Position numbers and translations under genes: made by a program. The notes beneath the pieces are model-generated. The model had not been told where the DNA came from. It did not search any database and saw nothing but the letters and a program-made list of their open reading frames with translations. From positions 1 to 64,000 of IMG/VR virus record IMGVR_UViG_2561511128_000006: a stretch of DNA of 64,000 bases; one strand, written 5' to 3'. Shown in pieces: positions 9,043 to 17,793 of this stretch; position 1 is the first letter of the stretch; each line of letters opens with the position of its first letter. Source of the DNA: a virus. Lineage: Duplodnaviria > Caudoviricetes.

Positions 9043-9215
9043 TACTTCCCCCCACCGCGCGTTGTTCATGCAGCCACGCCCCTGCCGAAGATGTGGACGG
9101 ACGAACGAACTCGTTACTCCCTCCCATTTGTATCACTCCCTTATGGGGCTAGTTGCCCAGATCAGCCAAAGAAAGAAGGCGACCCACATCCACGTGAGCC
9201 GCCTTTCCCATTTTG

Positions 9216-9449
9216 TCATTCCGCCTTTTCCGTCCATTTATCGCAGATTGCCAAAGTACCAGTCTTCCAGCCATTGAGCGTACAGCGGGAACCGTCAAAG
9301 TACGATGTACCGTAGTATCCCTTTTTCTCAATGCGCTCGACATGCTTGCAATTCGCGCAATTCTTTGTCGGCGCATGTTTCTGCCAGTTTACGCTATTTT
9401 TTGTGATTCTTGGCATATCATCCCGCGTGGTGACGGATGCGCGGCCCAC
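9216..9449 (-). CDS. Hypothetical Cys-rich phage protein
   Basis: CANCKH...RCTL...AICDKW. Confidence 0.55.
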   Translation of the reverse strand: MGRASVTTRDDMPRITKNSVNWQKHAPTKNCANCKHVERIEKKGYYGTSYFDGSRCTLNGWKTGTLAICDKWTEKAE

Positions 9450-9497
9450 GGTTTGGGGTATGAAAAGCCCCGCCGGGGGAGGGCGGGGCGTGGGGTG

Positions 9498-10262
9498 CTA
9501 CGCGATGACCTTCACGCCTTCGGGCAGGTTTTCAATCAGCCATGTGCGGATATTGGCGATGGCTTCCAGCTTCCACGCGCCGCCGTCGCATTCGATGAGT
9601 TTGCAGGCCAGCGGGCTGGACTGGAGCCGGAACACGACCTTGTGCGCTGGCTGCGCGACTTCCGCAAAGGTGCTGAACGGGAAGATAACCGCAGGGGACG
9701 GTACGGGCACTTCGGCCTTACGGGCCGCGCCTTGGCGGATGGAAACCTCCTGCGACACGCCGTCGTCCTGTACGCGGACTTCCGAGGTGTCCACAAGATT
9801 GCCGCTGATCTTGATGAGCGCGTCGAGATCGTCCGAGGGGACAAAGCAGGACTGGAGATAGGGGACGAACTCATCAGGCGAGGTCCAGCTTCCAAAACGA
9901 TGGGCAGGGACGACTGCCTCAGCTTGCATGTACGTGTTGCGCTGCTTCCAGCCCCCAAAGGGGATGGACATGACTTTCACGGTCGTCACATCGCAGACGT
10001 GGACAAGGAGCTTTCCGAGGTCCAGCCCGTCTGGGTTCTGGTTGAGGTAATCCACCACGGCCTGCAAGGTGCCAACGCTGAGCGTCTCCTGTCCCGGTTT
10101 ATACAGGGGTTTCCAAGTGTCCCTCTGGTCAGGCTTGTAGAAACATAGCCCGTCTTCCGTGACGTGAACGGGGAGAGCGGCCTTGGCCTTGACGTCAAGG
10201 GATTCGAGTTCCCGGCCTACGCCGATGAGGTGCCTGTCAGCTTCGAGGCGGTTGATTTCCAT
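9498..10262 (-). CDS. Conserved phage protein (DUF2303/YfdQ-like)
   Basis: EFVPYLQSCF...VQDDGVSQEVSIRQG...FPFSTFAEVAQP...LIECDGGAWKLEA. Confidence 0.7.
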   Translation of the reverse strand: MEINRLEADRHLIGVGRELESLDVKAKAALPVHVTEDGLCFYKPDQRDTWKPLYKPGQETLSVGTLQAVVDYLNQNPDGLDLGKLLVHVCDVTTVKVMSIPFGGWKQRNTYMQAEAVVPAHRFGSWTSPDEFVPYLQSCFVPSDDLDALIKISGNLVDTSEVRVQDDGVSQEVSIRQGAARKAEVPVPSPAVIFPFSTFAEVAQPAHKVVFRLQSSPLACKLIECDGGAWKLEAIANIRTWLIENLPEGVKVIA

Positions 10263-10277
10263 GTGATTCTCCTTTGG

Positions 10278-10682
10278 TTACTGGTTGATGGGATGTTCCT
10301 CAGCCTTCTTGAACGGGGTTACGTTCACGGTCACGCTGCCGTTCCCCCTGAGTTCAGAGGGCATGGTGCCGTCAAAGCGGTACTGGTCGGGGTGGTTGTC
10401 GGTGAAGGACTCGAACAGCATGGGCGCGCCGTCGAGCTTGTCGAGCACGACCGGGATGGTCTGCGGCTCCTGCGGCTGGAGGTTGGTCGTCACGACCGCC
10501 TTGGATGCGATCAGCGTCCGGCTCTCGTCGGGCTTGAATGTGATCTTGAGGGTGACGGTACGGGGCTTGTCCGGCGGTGTGTTCACGTCCGCGATGTTGT
10601 CCGCGACCTTGGCAAGCGCGATGTTGACGGCTTCGACCACGCCGCCGTTGTTCATGGTTCGCATGTCGAGAGGGCTGCTCAT
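10278..10682 (-). CDS. Conserved phage protein, usual partner of the DUF2303-like gene
   Basis: GGVVEAVNIALAKVADNIADVNT...RTVTLKITFKPD. Confidence 0.7.
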   Translation of the reverse strand: MSSPLDMRTMNNGGVVEAVNIALAKVADNIADVNTPPDKPRTVTLKITFKPDESRTLIASKAVVTTNLQPQEPQTIPVVLDKLDGAPMLFESFTDNHPDQYRFDGTMPSELRGNGSVTVNVTPFKKAEEHPINQ

Positions 10683-10737
10683 GGTTCTTTCTCCTTATGG
10701 TAAAAGAAAGGCCCGGTGGTGAGCCGGGCCGGGGTGG

Positions 10738-11790
10738 TTATTCGGCCCACGCCGGGCATCCGGCGCGCTGTTCGCAGTCGGAGCACGTCCAGTCGCTGAC
10801 CTGCGTTTCGGTTTTCGGACAGGTGATCATGTTGGCGGCGGGGGCGGGCTGCGCTTCCGGCTGCTCGGATACTTCCGGGACGTCCTGTTGCGCACCGTTC
10901 CGCATGGCTTCGGCGGCAAGTTGCTTGGCCTTTTCGCACTGCGCTGTGGTCCAGTTGCGGGCGTAGGCGTTCACCAGTTTTTCGACGTCCTCAAGAGGGT
11001 TGCCCGTGGCCAGCCATGCGTCCGCGGCTTCTTTGCGTCGGGCTTCCATTTCGGCGTTGGTGGGGCGGCTACGCTTGGACGGGGTATCCCTGTCCTGCGC
11101 TTCTTCCTTCATTTCCTGCACGGATACGCGATATGTCCCGTCTTCGGCGGGTTCGAGATCATACGTGTCCTGCACTTCTTCGGCGGTCTTCAAGCCCATG
11201 GCGATTTCCGGGGCGTAGGCCCGGACGAACCACGACGCCGCCCGGTAACGGAGCATCAGTTCCGGCATGGACTGCCACTTGCTCCCGTTCTTGCCGTACC
11301 ATCCTTCCTTTTTTGCCAGTCCGATAGTGATGAGCGGTCCAGCCAGCTTTTCCCCTGTGGCGAGTTCGGTAGCCACGGCGCGGCATCCCCATTCATCCTT
11401 GCCTTCTTCGCCCTGAAATTCGTAGCGGATGGACGTAAACCGTCCGCACTGGTTGAGGGTGGCGATCAGGAATTGTGCGGACCATGCGGGACGCCCGTGG
11501 ACTACGTAGATGTTTTGCATGACCATAAGCGGATTGGCTCTCATACGAATGGCCATATCCATAGCTATGGTGCAATTCCCGACAGCTTCGTCTTCAGTTC
11601 CACATCCCTTTGCTTGACCTTTTTCGTTTACGTATGGTTTTCTGAATTGATCGGGGGTAATCGGGGACTTTGCAAACATTTTTGCCATCCGCTGCAAGGC
11701 TTCAAAGCCTGCAACCGTGTCGAAACCAACAGCAATGGCAGGAGAGGTTTCAGGTTGGCGAAGGGTGGCTAGAGTAGTTGTCTGGCTCAT
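10738..11790 (-). CDS. recT: RecT-like single-strand annealing protein
   Basis: ANPLMVMQNIYVVHGRPAWSAQF...SKWQSMPELMLRYRAASWFVRAYAPE. Confidence 0.85.
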   Translation of the reverse strand: MSQTTTLATLRQPETSPAIAVGFDTVAGFEALQRMAKMFAKSPITPDQFRKPYVNEKGQAKGCGTEDEAVGNCTIAMDMAIRMRANPLMVMQNIYVVHGRPAWSAQFLIATLNQCGRFTSIRYEFQGEEGKDEWGCRAVATELATGEKLAGPLITIGLAKKEGWYGKNGSKWQSMPELMLRYRAASWFVRAYAPEIAMGLKTAEEVQDTYDLEPAEDGTYRVSVQEMKEEAQDRDTPSKRSRPTNAEMEARRKEAADAWLATGNPLEDVEKLVNAYARNWTTAQCEKAKQLAAEAMRNGAQQDVPEVSEQPEAQPAPAANMITCPKTETQVSDWTCSDCEQRAGCPAWAE

Positions 11791-11793
11791 GGG

Positions 11794-12597
11794 TCATCGT
11801 CTCCATTTGCAGGTGTTGAAGATAGGGCAGTATTTTTCCCCGCACCCGTTGGAGCGGGGATTGCCGTAAAAGTTGCCGCTATGGATGAGGGTTGCGGCCA
11901 TTTCGAGAAGACCGGGAAATTCTTCGTCGCCGATGAGGAGATCCCGCCCGCCGGAAATTGTCCCTGTGGCCACGCGCTGGCCCCTTTCCGTCTTGGCGAC
12001 TTGCAGCCCGATGATCTGGGCCGGGGCTTCGATGCAAATGTCCGTGCTGTGCTCGGCCAGCAGTTCGTAGACGGCGAGTTGGGCGGCATGTCCCTGTGTC
12101 TTGCAGGTTCCGTCCGCGCCGACGGCGGATTTCCCGGTTTTGATGTCGGCAATCCCATAGCCGTCCTCCGTCCGCCTCACGCGGTCCACGGTTCCCGTTA
12201 GAGCGATGCCAAGATCCGCGATGTCCAGCCGTTCGCAGGTGGCCTCGACCGCCGCATAGGTTTGCCGGGGCGCGATGGTGGAGCAGTACAGGCGGTGCAG
12301 GGAGAGGGCGATACGCTCGGCTTCCGTGGGCTGGAGGTCGTCCCAAAGGACTTCTTCATCCGGCTTGTGGATGGCGTCTACAGCCGCGCCCGCCGCTTCG
12401 TCCGGGGTGATGCCCGTTCCGTTCATGCGCGAAGTGTCAAACAGCGCCGTGCTGGTGTGGACGGCGGTTCCGAGCCGTGCGGAACCGCTGGAAGGCGTCC
12501 GTAGTCCGCGGATGTTTTGGGCTTCCCATCGGGCCGGGCATTCAAACAGCCCGGCGAGGCTGGAAGCACGAATCAAAATCGGTTCCTTGATATTCAT
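11794..12597 (-). CDS. PD-(D/E)XK exonuclease (RecB/Cas4-like), partner of RecT
   Basis: RASSL..LFECPARW, GTAVH, LTGTVDRV, IADIKTG, QLAVY, CEKYCP. Confidence 0.85.
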   Translation of the reverse strand: MNIKEPILIRASSLAGLFECPARWEAQNIRGLRTPSSGSARLGTAVHTSTALFDTSRMNGTGITPDEAAGAAVDAIHKPDEEVLWDDLQPTEAERIALSLHRLYCSTIAPRQTYAAVEATCERLDIADLGIALTGTVDRVRRTEDGYGIADIKTGKSAVGADGTCKTQGHAAQLAVYELLAEHSTDICIEAPAQIIGLQVAKTERGQRVATGTISGGRDLLIGDEEFPGLLEMAATLIHSGNFYGNPRSNGCGEKYCPIFNTCKWRR

Positions 12598-12734
12598 CGT
12601 TCCGCCTCCACGCTCAGGGGTGCCATGTTGTTGAAGAGTTTTTGGTCTTCCCATTCGAAATAGCCCACGAGCAGGAAGCAGAGGACGATCAGGGCGACGC
12701 GCCACGCGACGGGGTATTGCTCTATCCACTTCAT
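12594..12734 (-). CDS. Small membrane peptide
   Basis: MKWIEQYPVAWRVALIVLCFLLVGYFEW...; 4-nt overlaps with both neighbours. Confidence 0.55.
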   Translation of the reverse strand: MKWIEQYPVAWRVALIVLCFLLVGYFEWEDQKLFNNMAPLSVEAER

Positions 12735-13024
12735 GCCGCGTCCCTCTTGCGTCCGGCTTCGACAACCGCGTCGAGTCTGGCGGATACGGCGTCAATGGCG
12801 ACGTCGAGAAGTCCGCGGACTGTGGCGGGGTCGAACGTGACGATGTAGTCACGGATGCTTCCGTGAGCACAATGGGCGAGTTCGTTGCCATCGATGTCGT
12901 TCACGAACCCGAGGCCCTGCGGTTCAAAGATTGGAGTGATGCGGCAGGTCGCGGTGCGGAGATGCACCAGCCGGGAAAGTTCCGTTTCTAGCTCACGGGC
13001 GGTCATCCTGTTTAAATGCTTCAT
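12731..13024 (-). CDS. Hypothetical (ead/Ea22-like) protein
   Basis: IVTFDPATVRGLLD motif; RBS GGAGAGAGG. Confidence 0.6.
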   Translation of the reverse strand: MKHLNRMTARELETELSRLVHLRTATCRITPIFEPQGLGFVNDIDGNELAHCAHGSIRDYIVTFDPATVRGLLDVAIDAVSARLDAVVEAGRKRDAA

Positions 13025-13106
13025 GGTTCCTCTCTCCTGCGTTGAAGTTCGGATTGGCGTCCCAATCCCGATGAAAAAGCCCCGATTTCTCGGGGCTTCT
13101 ACGGGG

Positions 13107-13397
13107 CTAGGCGACAGGAGTAGCCCGTTGGCGATGTTCGTTGCAGTATGCATAAATTGCCTTCTTACATGCAGCTTCTACGGATGCAGTGGCACACGAC
13201 CGAGAAACGAGCTGAGCCTTTTCTGTCTCGTCAGTGATTTCGAATCGACTTACCTTGAGAAAGCCTTTGCGTCCCATATCGCAAGCGACATAGACGTTAT
13301 ATCCGGTACGTTGAGACAGCTTGATTCCGTTGATCCGTGCCGCTTTAATGAAGACTTGGTATCCGTAACCAGTATCTCTGATTGCTGTAACTTCCAT
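13107..13397 (-). CDS. Hypothetical phage protein
   Basis: GGAGG RBS; lies between repeat units. Confidence 0.65.
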   Translation of the reverse strand: MEVTAIRDTGYGYQVFIKAARINGIKLSQRTGYNVYVACDMGRKGFLKVSRFEITDETEKAQLVSRSCATASVEAACKKAIYAYCNEHRQRATPVA

Positions 13398-13478
13398 GTG
13401 TCCTCCATAATTGAAATACGATTTGTCCCAATCCCGTTTCCTGCCCCGGATTCCGGGGCAAGTGCGGGGCTAGGCGCT

Positions 13479-13709
13479 TTACCAAGCGGGGTGCAGCGTT
13501 GCGGGGAAGTCGATGCCGGGGAGAACGCCGAAGTCTTCGCGTTCTGGCAAGACTGCGGGAATCTCGGAAATTCTCATGAGTATGGTCGAGGGCATACCCT
13601 CGCTGGCTACAGTCTCCGCGAAGTCTACCGCCTTCGTCTTCGTCTCGAACTCTTCAACTAATGGGCCGCTTTCCGAATGCGAAATTACGATGAACTGCAT
13701 CATGGACAT
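13479..13709 (-). CDS. Hypothetical phage protein
   Basis: GAGGAG RBS; lies between repeat units. Confidence 0.6.
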   Translation of the reverse strand: MSMMQFIVISHSESGPLVEEFETKTKAVDFAETVASEGMPSTILMRISEIPAVLPEREDFGVLPGIDFPATLHPAW

Positions 13710-13827
13710 TCTCCTCTGTTTTGAAATTCGTTCCGCAGTCCCGGAATCAATGAAAAAGCCCGGAGCATGTCCGGGCTTTTCGATGGGGCTAGGCACGAAA
13801 AAAGGCGGCTCCGAAGAACCGCCCTTG

Positions 13828-14175
13828 TTATCTATTACCATTTTTCTTAAAGAAATATGTGGTAGTTACACTCATTAAGAGTCCGACAATAATGGTGAGT
13901 GCTAATTCTTTGAGTTTGGTCAGTTCGTTCTCACAAAGCCAACGGCAAGAACTAGGTCCAATCAAATGCCACATATATACTAACACAACGGAAAAACTTC
14001 CAAAAGCGGAAACAATCAAAAACCCCACACGAACCCAGTAAAACCACACTTCTTCTTTGAAGTGCATAGACCGACGCTTTTTCCCGTACTCATCCGGATC
14101 CGCTGAACTATCAGCGGTTTTTTCTTGTGCGTAACAATTTTCGTCTGTTGTGAGAGGGTCTCGGATGTCATCCAT
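13828..14175 (-). CDS. Putative membrane toxin (PanT-like), 2 TM
   Basis: Two hydrophobic segments; overlaps the Panacea gene by 8 nt. Confidence 0.6.
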   Translation of the reverse strand: MDDIRDPLTTDENCYAQEKTADSSADPDEYGKKRRSMHFKEEVWFYWVRVGFLIVSAFGSFSVVLVYMWHLIGPSSCRWLCENELTKLKELALTIIVGLLMSVTTTYFFKKNGNR

Positions 14176-14641
14176 TCGCGGTAGCCTTGATCACATGTTC
14201 CTTGAAGTATTGTGCAATTAGGTCATCTGGAATGAAGTTATTCATTCCCTTTCCTTCTCCATCAATACAGTTCACCACTGTATCCCAAGGTGAGCCCGGC
14301 TTATGGGTCCAATTAGATAAGGCTACAGCAGTATACTTTCCAAAAACATCAATGACCTTGCTCAAAAAGTTCTTTAAATCGTCATCACAAGAGAAGTTAG
14401 GGCAATAATCTTCAAGACTTCCCTTACCTTTGCTAATAAAGTTGAACACACGAGGATATACAGGGCCATACTGCCAGGCACGAGGATATTCGTCACAAAG
14501 ACGTTCATTCCGGGAAGCAAGAACGCTTCCATAGCAACAATACAGAAGTTTTTGAATTTTTGTATTGTTGTAATAATATCCCTTTTCTCTGCAAAGTTGG
14601 GCAATGAAGGATGCAACATCAAGACTATTATATGGTGCCAT
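14168..14641 (-). CDS. Panacea (DUF4065/SocA-like) antitoxin
   Basis: TKIQKLLY, AWQYGPVYPRVF, LSNWTH..GSPW. Confidence 0.9.
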   Translation of the reverse strand: MAPYNSLDVASFIAQLCREKGYYYNNTKIQKLLYCCYGSVLASRNERLCDEYPRAWQYGPVYPRVFNFISKGKGSLEDYCPNFSCDDDLKNFLSKVIDVFGKYTAVALSNWTHKPGSPWDTVVNCIDGEGKGMNNFIPDDLIAQYFKEHVIKATANG

Positions 14642-14718
14642 GTCCCTTTCCTCCTCCTTTGCAGACTCGACCTAACGGTCTGTTTCGAATCTGTTAAAAT
14701 ATTTTGATTGAGAAATGA

Positions 14719-14747
14719 AATATAACCTAATTTGTTGACTAGTGCAA
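14719..14747 (-). promoter_or_regulatory. Sigma70 promoter of the Panacea operon
   Basis: TTGCAC-17-TATATT. Confidence 0.6.
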
Positions 14748-14773
14748 TGAGATACCTAGGCTGTTTTTTTGTC

Positions 14774-14802
14774 AAAACCCGGCGGGGCCAATCCCCGCCG
14801 GG
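14774..14802 (-). terminator. Intrinsic terminator ending the pL leader
   Basis: CCCGGCGGGG/CCCCGCCGGG stem followed by TTTT. Confidence 0.7.
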
Positions 14803-15239
14803 GTGGAATTTTATCCATGCGGAAACCCGGACGCATGGTTCGGCGCAACGCGCATTGTCGCTGCGCCTCTCATGCGGGGCGGTGAATTGTCAGAAAGTCA
14901 ACTGACCGCCCGGATGTAGAAATTCGTATTTCATCACGTTTCACGGCCCGATCTTTGTGTCGTAACCGTGGGCCCTGTTGGTCGGCTCGGCCCCCGTCGC
15001 TTCGGTGCGCTTTGCGCTTCGGCCTTCTTTTCAGCCGTTTTTCCGTCCCGCCGTCCCTTTGCGGCCTGTCTTCACATCACCAGTCTCACGGGCCTCTTTC
15101 GAGCTTTCCGGGCGGCCTCTTGCTCCGCCCACCGTATCCGCTACGGCCTTCATGCCGCCCAAACCGGCTTCCTTCTCACGGGGCATTCTGGCTACTTTCC
15201 GGCTAGGTGCCTGGCGTGTTCGCCTTCCCCGTTCGTTGT
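14803..15239 (-). ncRNA. Candidate structured pL-leader RNA
   Basis: No credible ORF; many GC hairpins between a promoter and a terminator. Confidence 0.4.
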
Positions 15240-15245
15240 GAAGAC

Positions 15246-15294
15246 AATATATACGTATGCGAATTTTACGTCAATAAAAATTTCATATATGTAT
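15246..15294 (-). promoter_or_regulatory. pL-like promoter with operators
   Basis: TTGACG-17-TATATT (15274-15246); ATACGTAT/ATATGTAT motifs shared with the pR region. Confidence 0.75.
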
Positions 15295-15356
15295 ATATTG
15301 AATCAAAAAATACCGCCGACACCACGAAGGCTCGGCGGTCACGCCCCATAGGGCAC

Positions 15357-15381
15357 AAAAAAGCCCCTCACGAGGAGGGGC
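15357..15381 (-). terminator. Terminator of the cI-protease-small ORF transcript (t-imm equivalent)
   Basis: GCCCCTC/GAGGGGC stem followed by a T6 run. Confidence 0.7.
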
Positions 15382-15395
15382 AAAGGGAGGCTCCG

Positions 15396-15596
15396 TTAAG
15401 GTACTAATGGATTAATATTCATATTAGATAGTTCGGTGATATTTTTATTTGTAAAATCAACTTGTTGAATAGGGTTTGTCTTGATGCCCATATTTTTTAA
15501 AATTAACATCATTTCATGATGATGTTTCAATGCTGGATTGTTTTCTATATTTTTAAGTAATAATGACATTTTATAATGCTTTTTGTCGATTTTCAT
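15396..15596 (-). CDS. 66-aa hypothetical protein coupled to the protease
   Basis: TAATG stop/start overlap; same AT-rich composition. Confidence 0.65.
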   Translation of the reverse strand: MKIDKKHYKMSLLLKNIENNPALKHHHEMMLILKNMGIKTNPIQQVDFTNKNITELSNMNINPLVP

Positions 15597-16477
15597 TAGA
15601 GTAAACTCCCATTAGTCATTTCTCTAGTATGTAAAAATAATTGATAGTTATATTTTGATGAAAAGTCAATCGCAAGTCTATTATATTCTTTTACTAATCT
15701 ATATAATTTAAGGTCGTCTGAATAATCTTCAATCTTTAGCTTTAGATCGTCTTGAAGAGTTTTTATTCCTATATGTCTTCCATGTATATGCCAATGAGCA
15801 TTATCACCTAATATTCTAGCTATTTCTTCAGCTCTATGCTCTTTTTCTTTAAGTGTGACTTCGGTATCTGTTTTACTATGAATTGTCCAGTCTTTAAATT
15901 TATAATTTACGAGCCATTTTTTTAATAGCGTTACGGTTATATTTCGTGCTTGTTGATAAAAATTTAAATCAGCAAGATTTAAATTTAAAGCCATTTGTAA
16001 CTCTACTGGACTTATGGGGTTATTAGAATCTTTATTTAATGATTTTTTACATATTGCATCAAATTGATCTAAATACCCTTGTGCAGGAACCCATTGTCCA
16101 TTAGACAATACTTGAGGATCTATAGGGCCTAATGATGAGGCAAAATTCATATATATTTTGTCGCCAGACATGCAAAGAATAGTACCCGCTGAGTATGCAT
16201 ATTCATGTACAATGAAATATACTTCATCATAGAACCTACGCATCACCTCAACCATTATCTCAGCCATTTCTACACTGCCGCCATTTGTTGTTAAATTGAC
16301 AGCAAGAGATTTATGTTTTTTCTTTCTAGCTAATTTTTCAAATTCAGTGGTAAAGAATGTTCTGTGGTTAGGGTGAATACCACCATAAAACAAAAAAACA
16401 TCAGACTGGAGATGTTCTTCTAGTTTAATACAATAATTATTCAAAGCTTCATATGCAACTTTATCAACTGGACCCAT
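15596..16477 (-). CDS. ClpP/crotonase-class serine protease (SDH_sah-like)
   Basis: TTNGGS, AYSAGTILCMSGD (nucleophile Ser), LGPIDPQ, HGRHI. Confidence 0.85.
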   Translation of the reverse strand: MGPVDKVAYEALNNYCIKLEEHLQSDVFLFYGGIHPNHRTFFTTEFEKLARKKKHKSLAVNLTTNGGSVEMAEIMVEVMRRFYDEVYFIVHEYAYSAGTILCMSGDKIYMNFASSLGPIDPQVLSNGQWVPAQGYLDQFDAICKKSLNKDSNNPISPVELQMALNLNLADLNFYQQARNITVTLLKKWLVNYKFKDWTIHSKTDTEVTLKEKEHRAEEIARILGDNAHWHIHGRHIGIKTLQDDLKLKIEDYSDDLKLYRLVKEYNRLAIDFSSKYNYQLFLHTREMTNGSLL

Positions 16478-16549
16478 TGCATCTCCCTCCTCCCCGCTCC
16501 GGCGGGGATTTTCATTTACAGCTCACGTCACGCCACGCCCACACGGTAA

Positions 16550-17215
16550 CTAAACAAGCTGCCAAGTCCAAACGACTTTCCCAATAATGATGTTGTCGTA
16601 TCCCTCATTAGAAACTTTCTGTGGTTTCCATCTGGGATTGTCTGAATGGAGGATAATATTACCATCCTCATCTTGCATAACTCTTTTAACAACCAAACCA
16701 AATGGGGGACGCTGTACAAGGTAAATGCCGCCGTCCTCTAGTTCGTCGTCAAGAGGGATAACACCTACATAAGCCCCTTTTAAGATTGTAGGTTCCATAC
16801 TGTCGCCAGTAACTTTAACGGCACGAACATCGGGAAGATTATACTGAGGGAGAACAGGGATCATATTTTCTGGAGCGGTAGAAAAAAATTCAGCTGGTAG
16901 TCCGGCACCTGCTTCTTCAAAGACAGGTATCTCATGTAAGTTGTCCCCTGTTACGTTTTCAGTAGGAGAGTGACAGGCCATACGACGCATTACAGGATAC
17001 CTTTCTTCATCCGGGAAAATCACCAATGCCCCCATAGCTGACAATATTTTTGATACCTTATCGAGCCCAAGTTGCTGGGCTTTGACCCCTAAAGCACGCG
17101 ACAAGTTCGCCTGACTGACGCCACATTTTTGAGCAAATGCAGCTATCTGGCGTTGATCTGAAATGTCCCTCAACCGAGCCATGAGTTTTTCTTCTAGTTC
17201 CATACGTTCCTGCAT
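16550..17215 (-). CDS. cI: CI-type repressor (HTH + S24 peptidase)
   Basis: CGVSQANLSRAL HTH; VTGDSMEPTI, LVVKRV; start uncertain (17203/17215). Confidence 0.92.
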   Translation of the reverse strand: MQERMELEEKLMARLRDISDQRQIAAFAQKCGVSQANLSRALGVKAQQLGLDKVSKILSAMGALVIFPDEERYPVMRRMACHSPTENVTGDNLHEIPVFEEAGAGLPAEFFSTAPENMIPVLPQYNLPDVRAVKVTGDSMEPTILKGAYVGVIPLDDELEDGGIYLVQRPPFGLVVKRVMQDEDGNIILHSDNPRWKPQKVSNEGYDNIIIGKVVWTWQLV

Positions 17216-17260
17216 ACGATACTGAGGACAAAAAGTCATCTTTCGTAAATGTAATTTTAC

Positions 17261-17289
17261 TTGCATATAGATACGTATATGTATATACT
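17261..17289 (+). promoter_or_regulatory. pR-like promoter
   Basis: TTGCAT-17-TATACT containing the ATACGTAT palindrome. Confidence 0.75.
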
Positions 17290-17295
17290 TACGCC

Positions 17296-17535
17296 ATGAA
17301 CACCGAACTTTTCAGAACTCACTTGCGCGAAAGAATGCAGATTACCCGGGCAACCCAGATAGAAGTCGAAGAAAAGACTGGAGTTTCTCAGGCGTCGATT
17401 TCGCGTTTTTTGTCAGGGGCAAGGATTAATTCTGACAACTTGTTCAAGTTATGGGAGTTCATTTACGAGGGGCAATTTCCAGCCGCTCCCAGCACTCCCA
17501 CCGAACCCGAAGAGGTGAGTCATGGACTGGCCTGA
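17296..17535 (+). CDS. cro: Cro-like HTH repressor
   Basis: TGVSQASISRFL; divergent from cI. Confidence 0.85.
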   Translation: MNTELFRTHLRERMQITRATQIEVEEKTGVSQASISRFLSGARINSDNLFKLWEFIYEGQFPAAPSTPTEPEEVSHGLA

Positions 17536-17793
17536 TATCGCCGCGAAGGTGGCCTTCTTCGCCCTCATGGGGTTTATTTTCTGGCTTGATCGTGACTAAC
17601 CCCGCCGCGCACCGCCGGGCCACAGCCTCGGGCGTCGGGTACTCCGCGACGCGGTACGCCCTCCAGCGTATCCGGGGATCCCTATGGATCAGGATGCGGA
17701 CACGCCAGACGGCACGGTGGCGAGTGATGAGCAGGTGAACGAAAGATTCCATGCCCCCATTAGAGCATGGGTATACACCAAGGAAAATGATCG

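Larger units (their letters stand above)
13025..13796 (-). repeat. Three related intergenic units (GCCTAGCCCC + hairpin + TTCAA + RBS)
   Basis: GGGGCTAGGC on the + strand at 13103, 13466 and 13785, each next to a GC hairpin. Confidence 0.75.

Noticed and set aside
14955-15407. Four + strand ORFs in the pL leader
   Set aside because: Low-complexity Arg/Pro/Ser-rich shadows with no RBS, antisense to the promoter-terminator unit.
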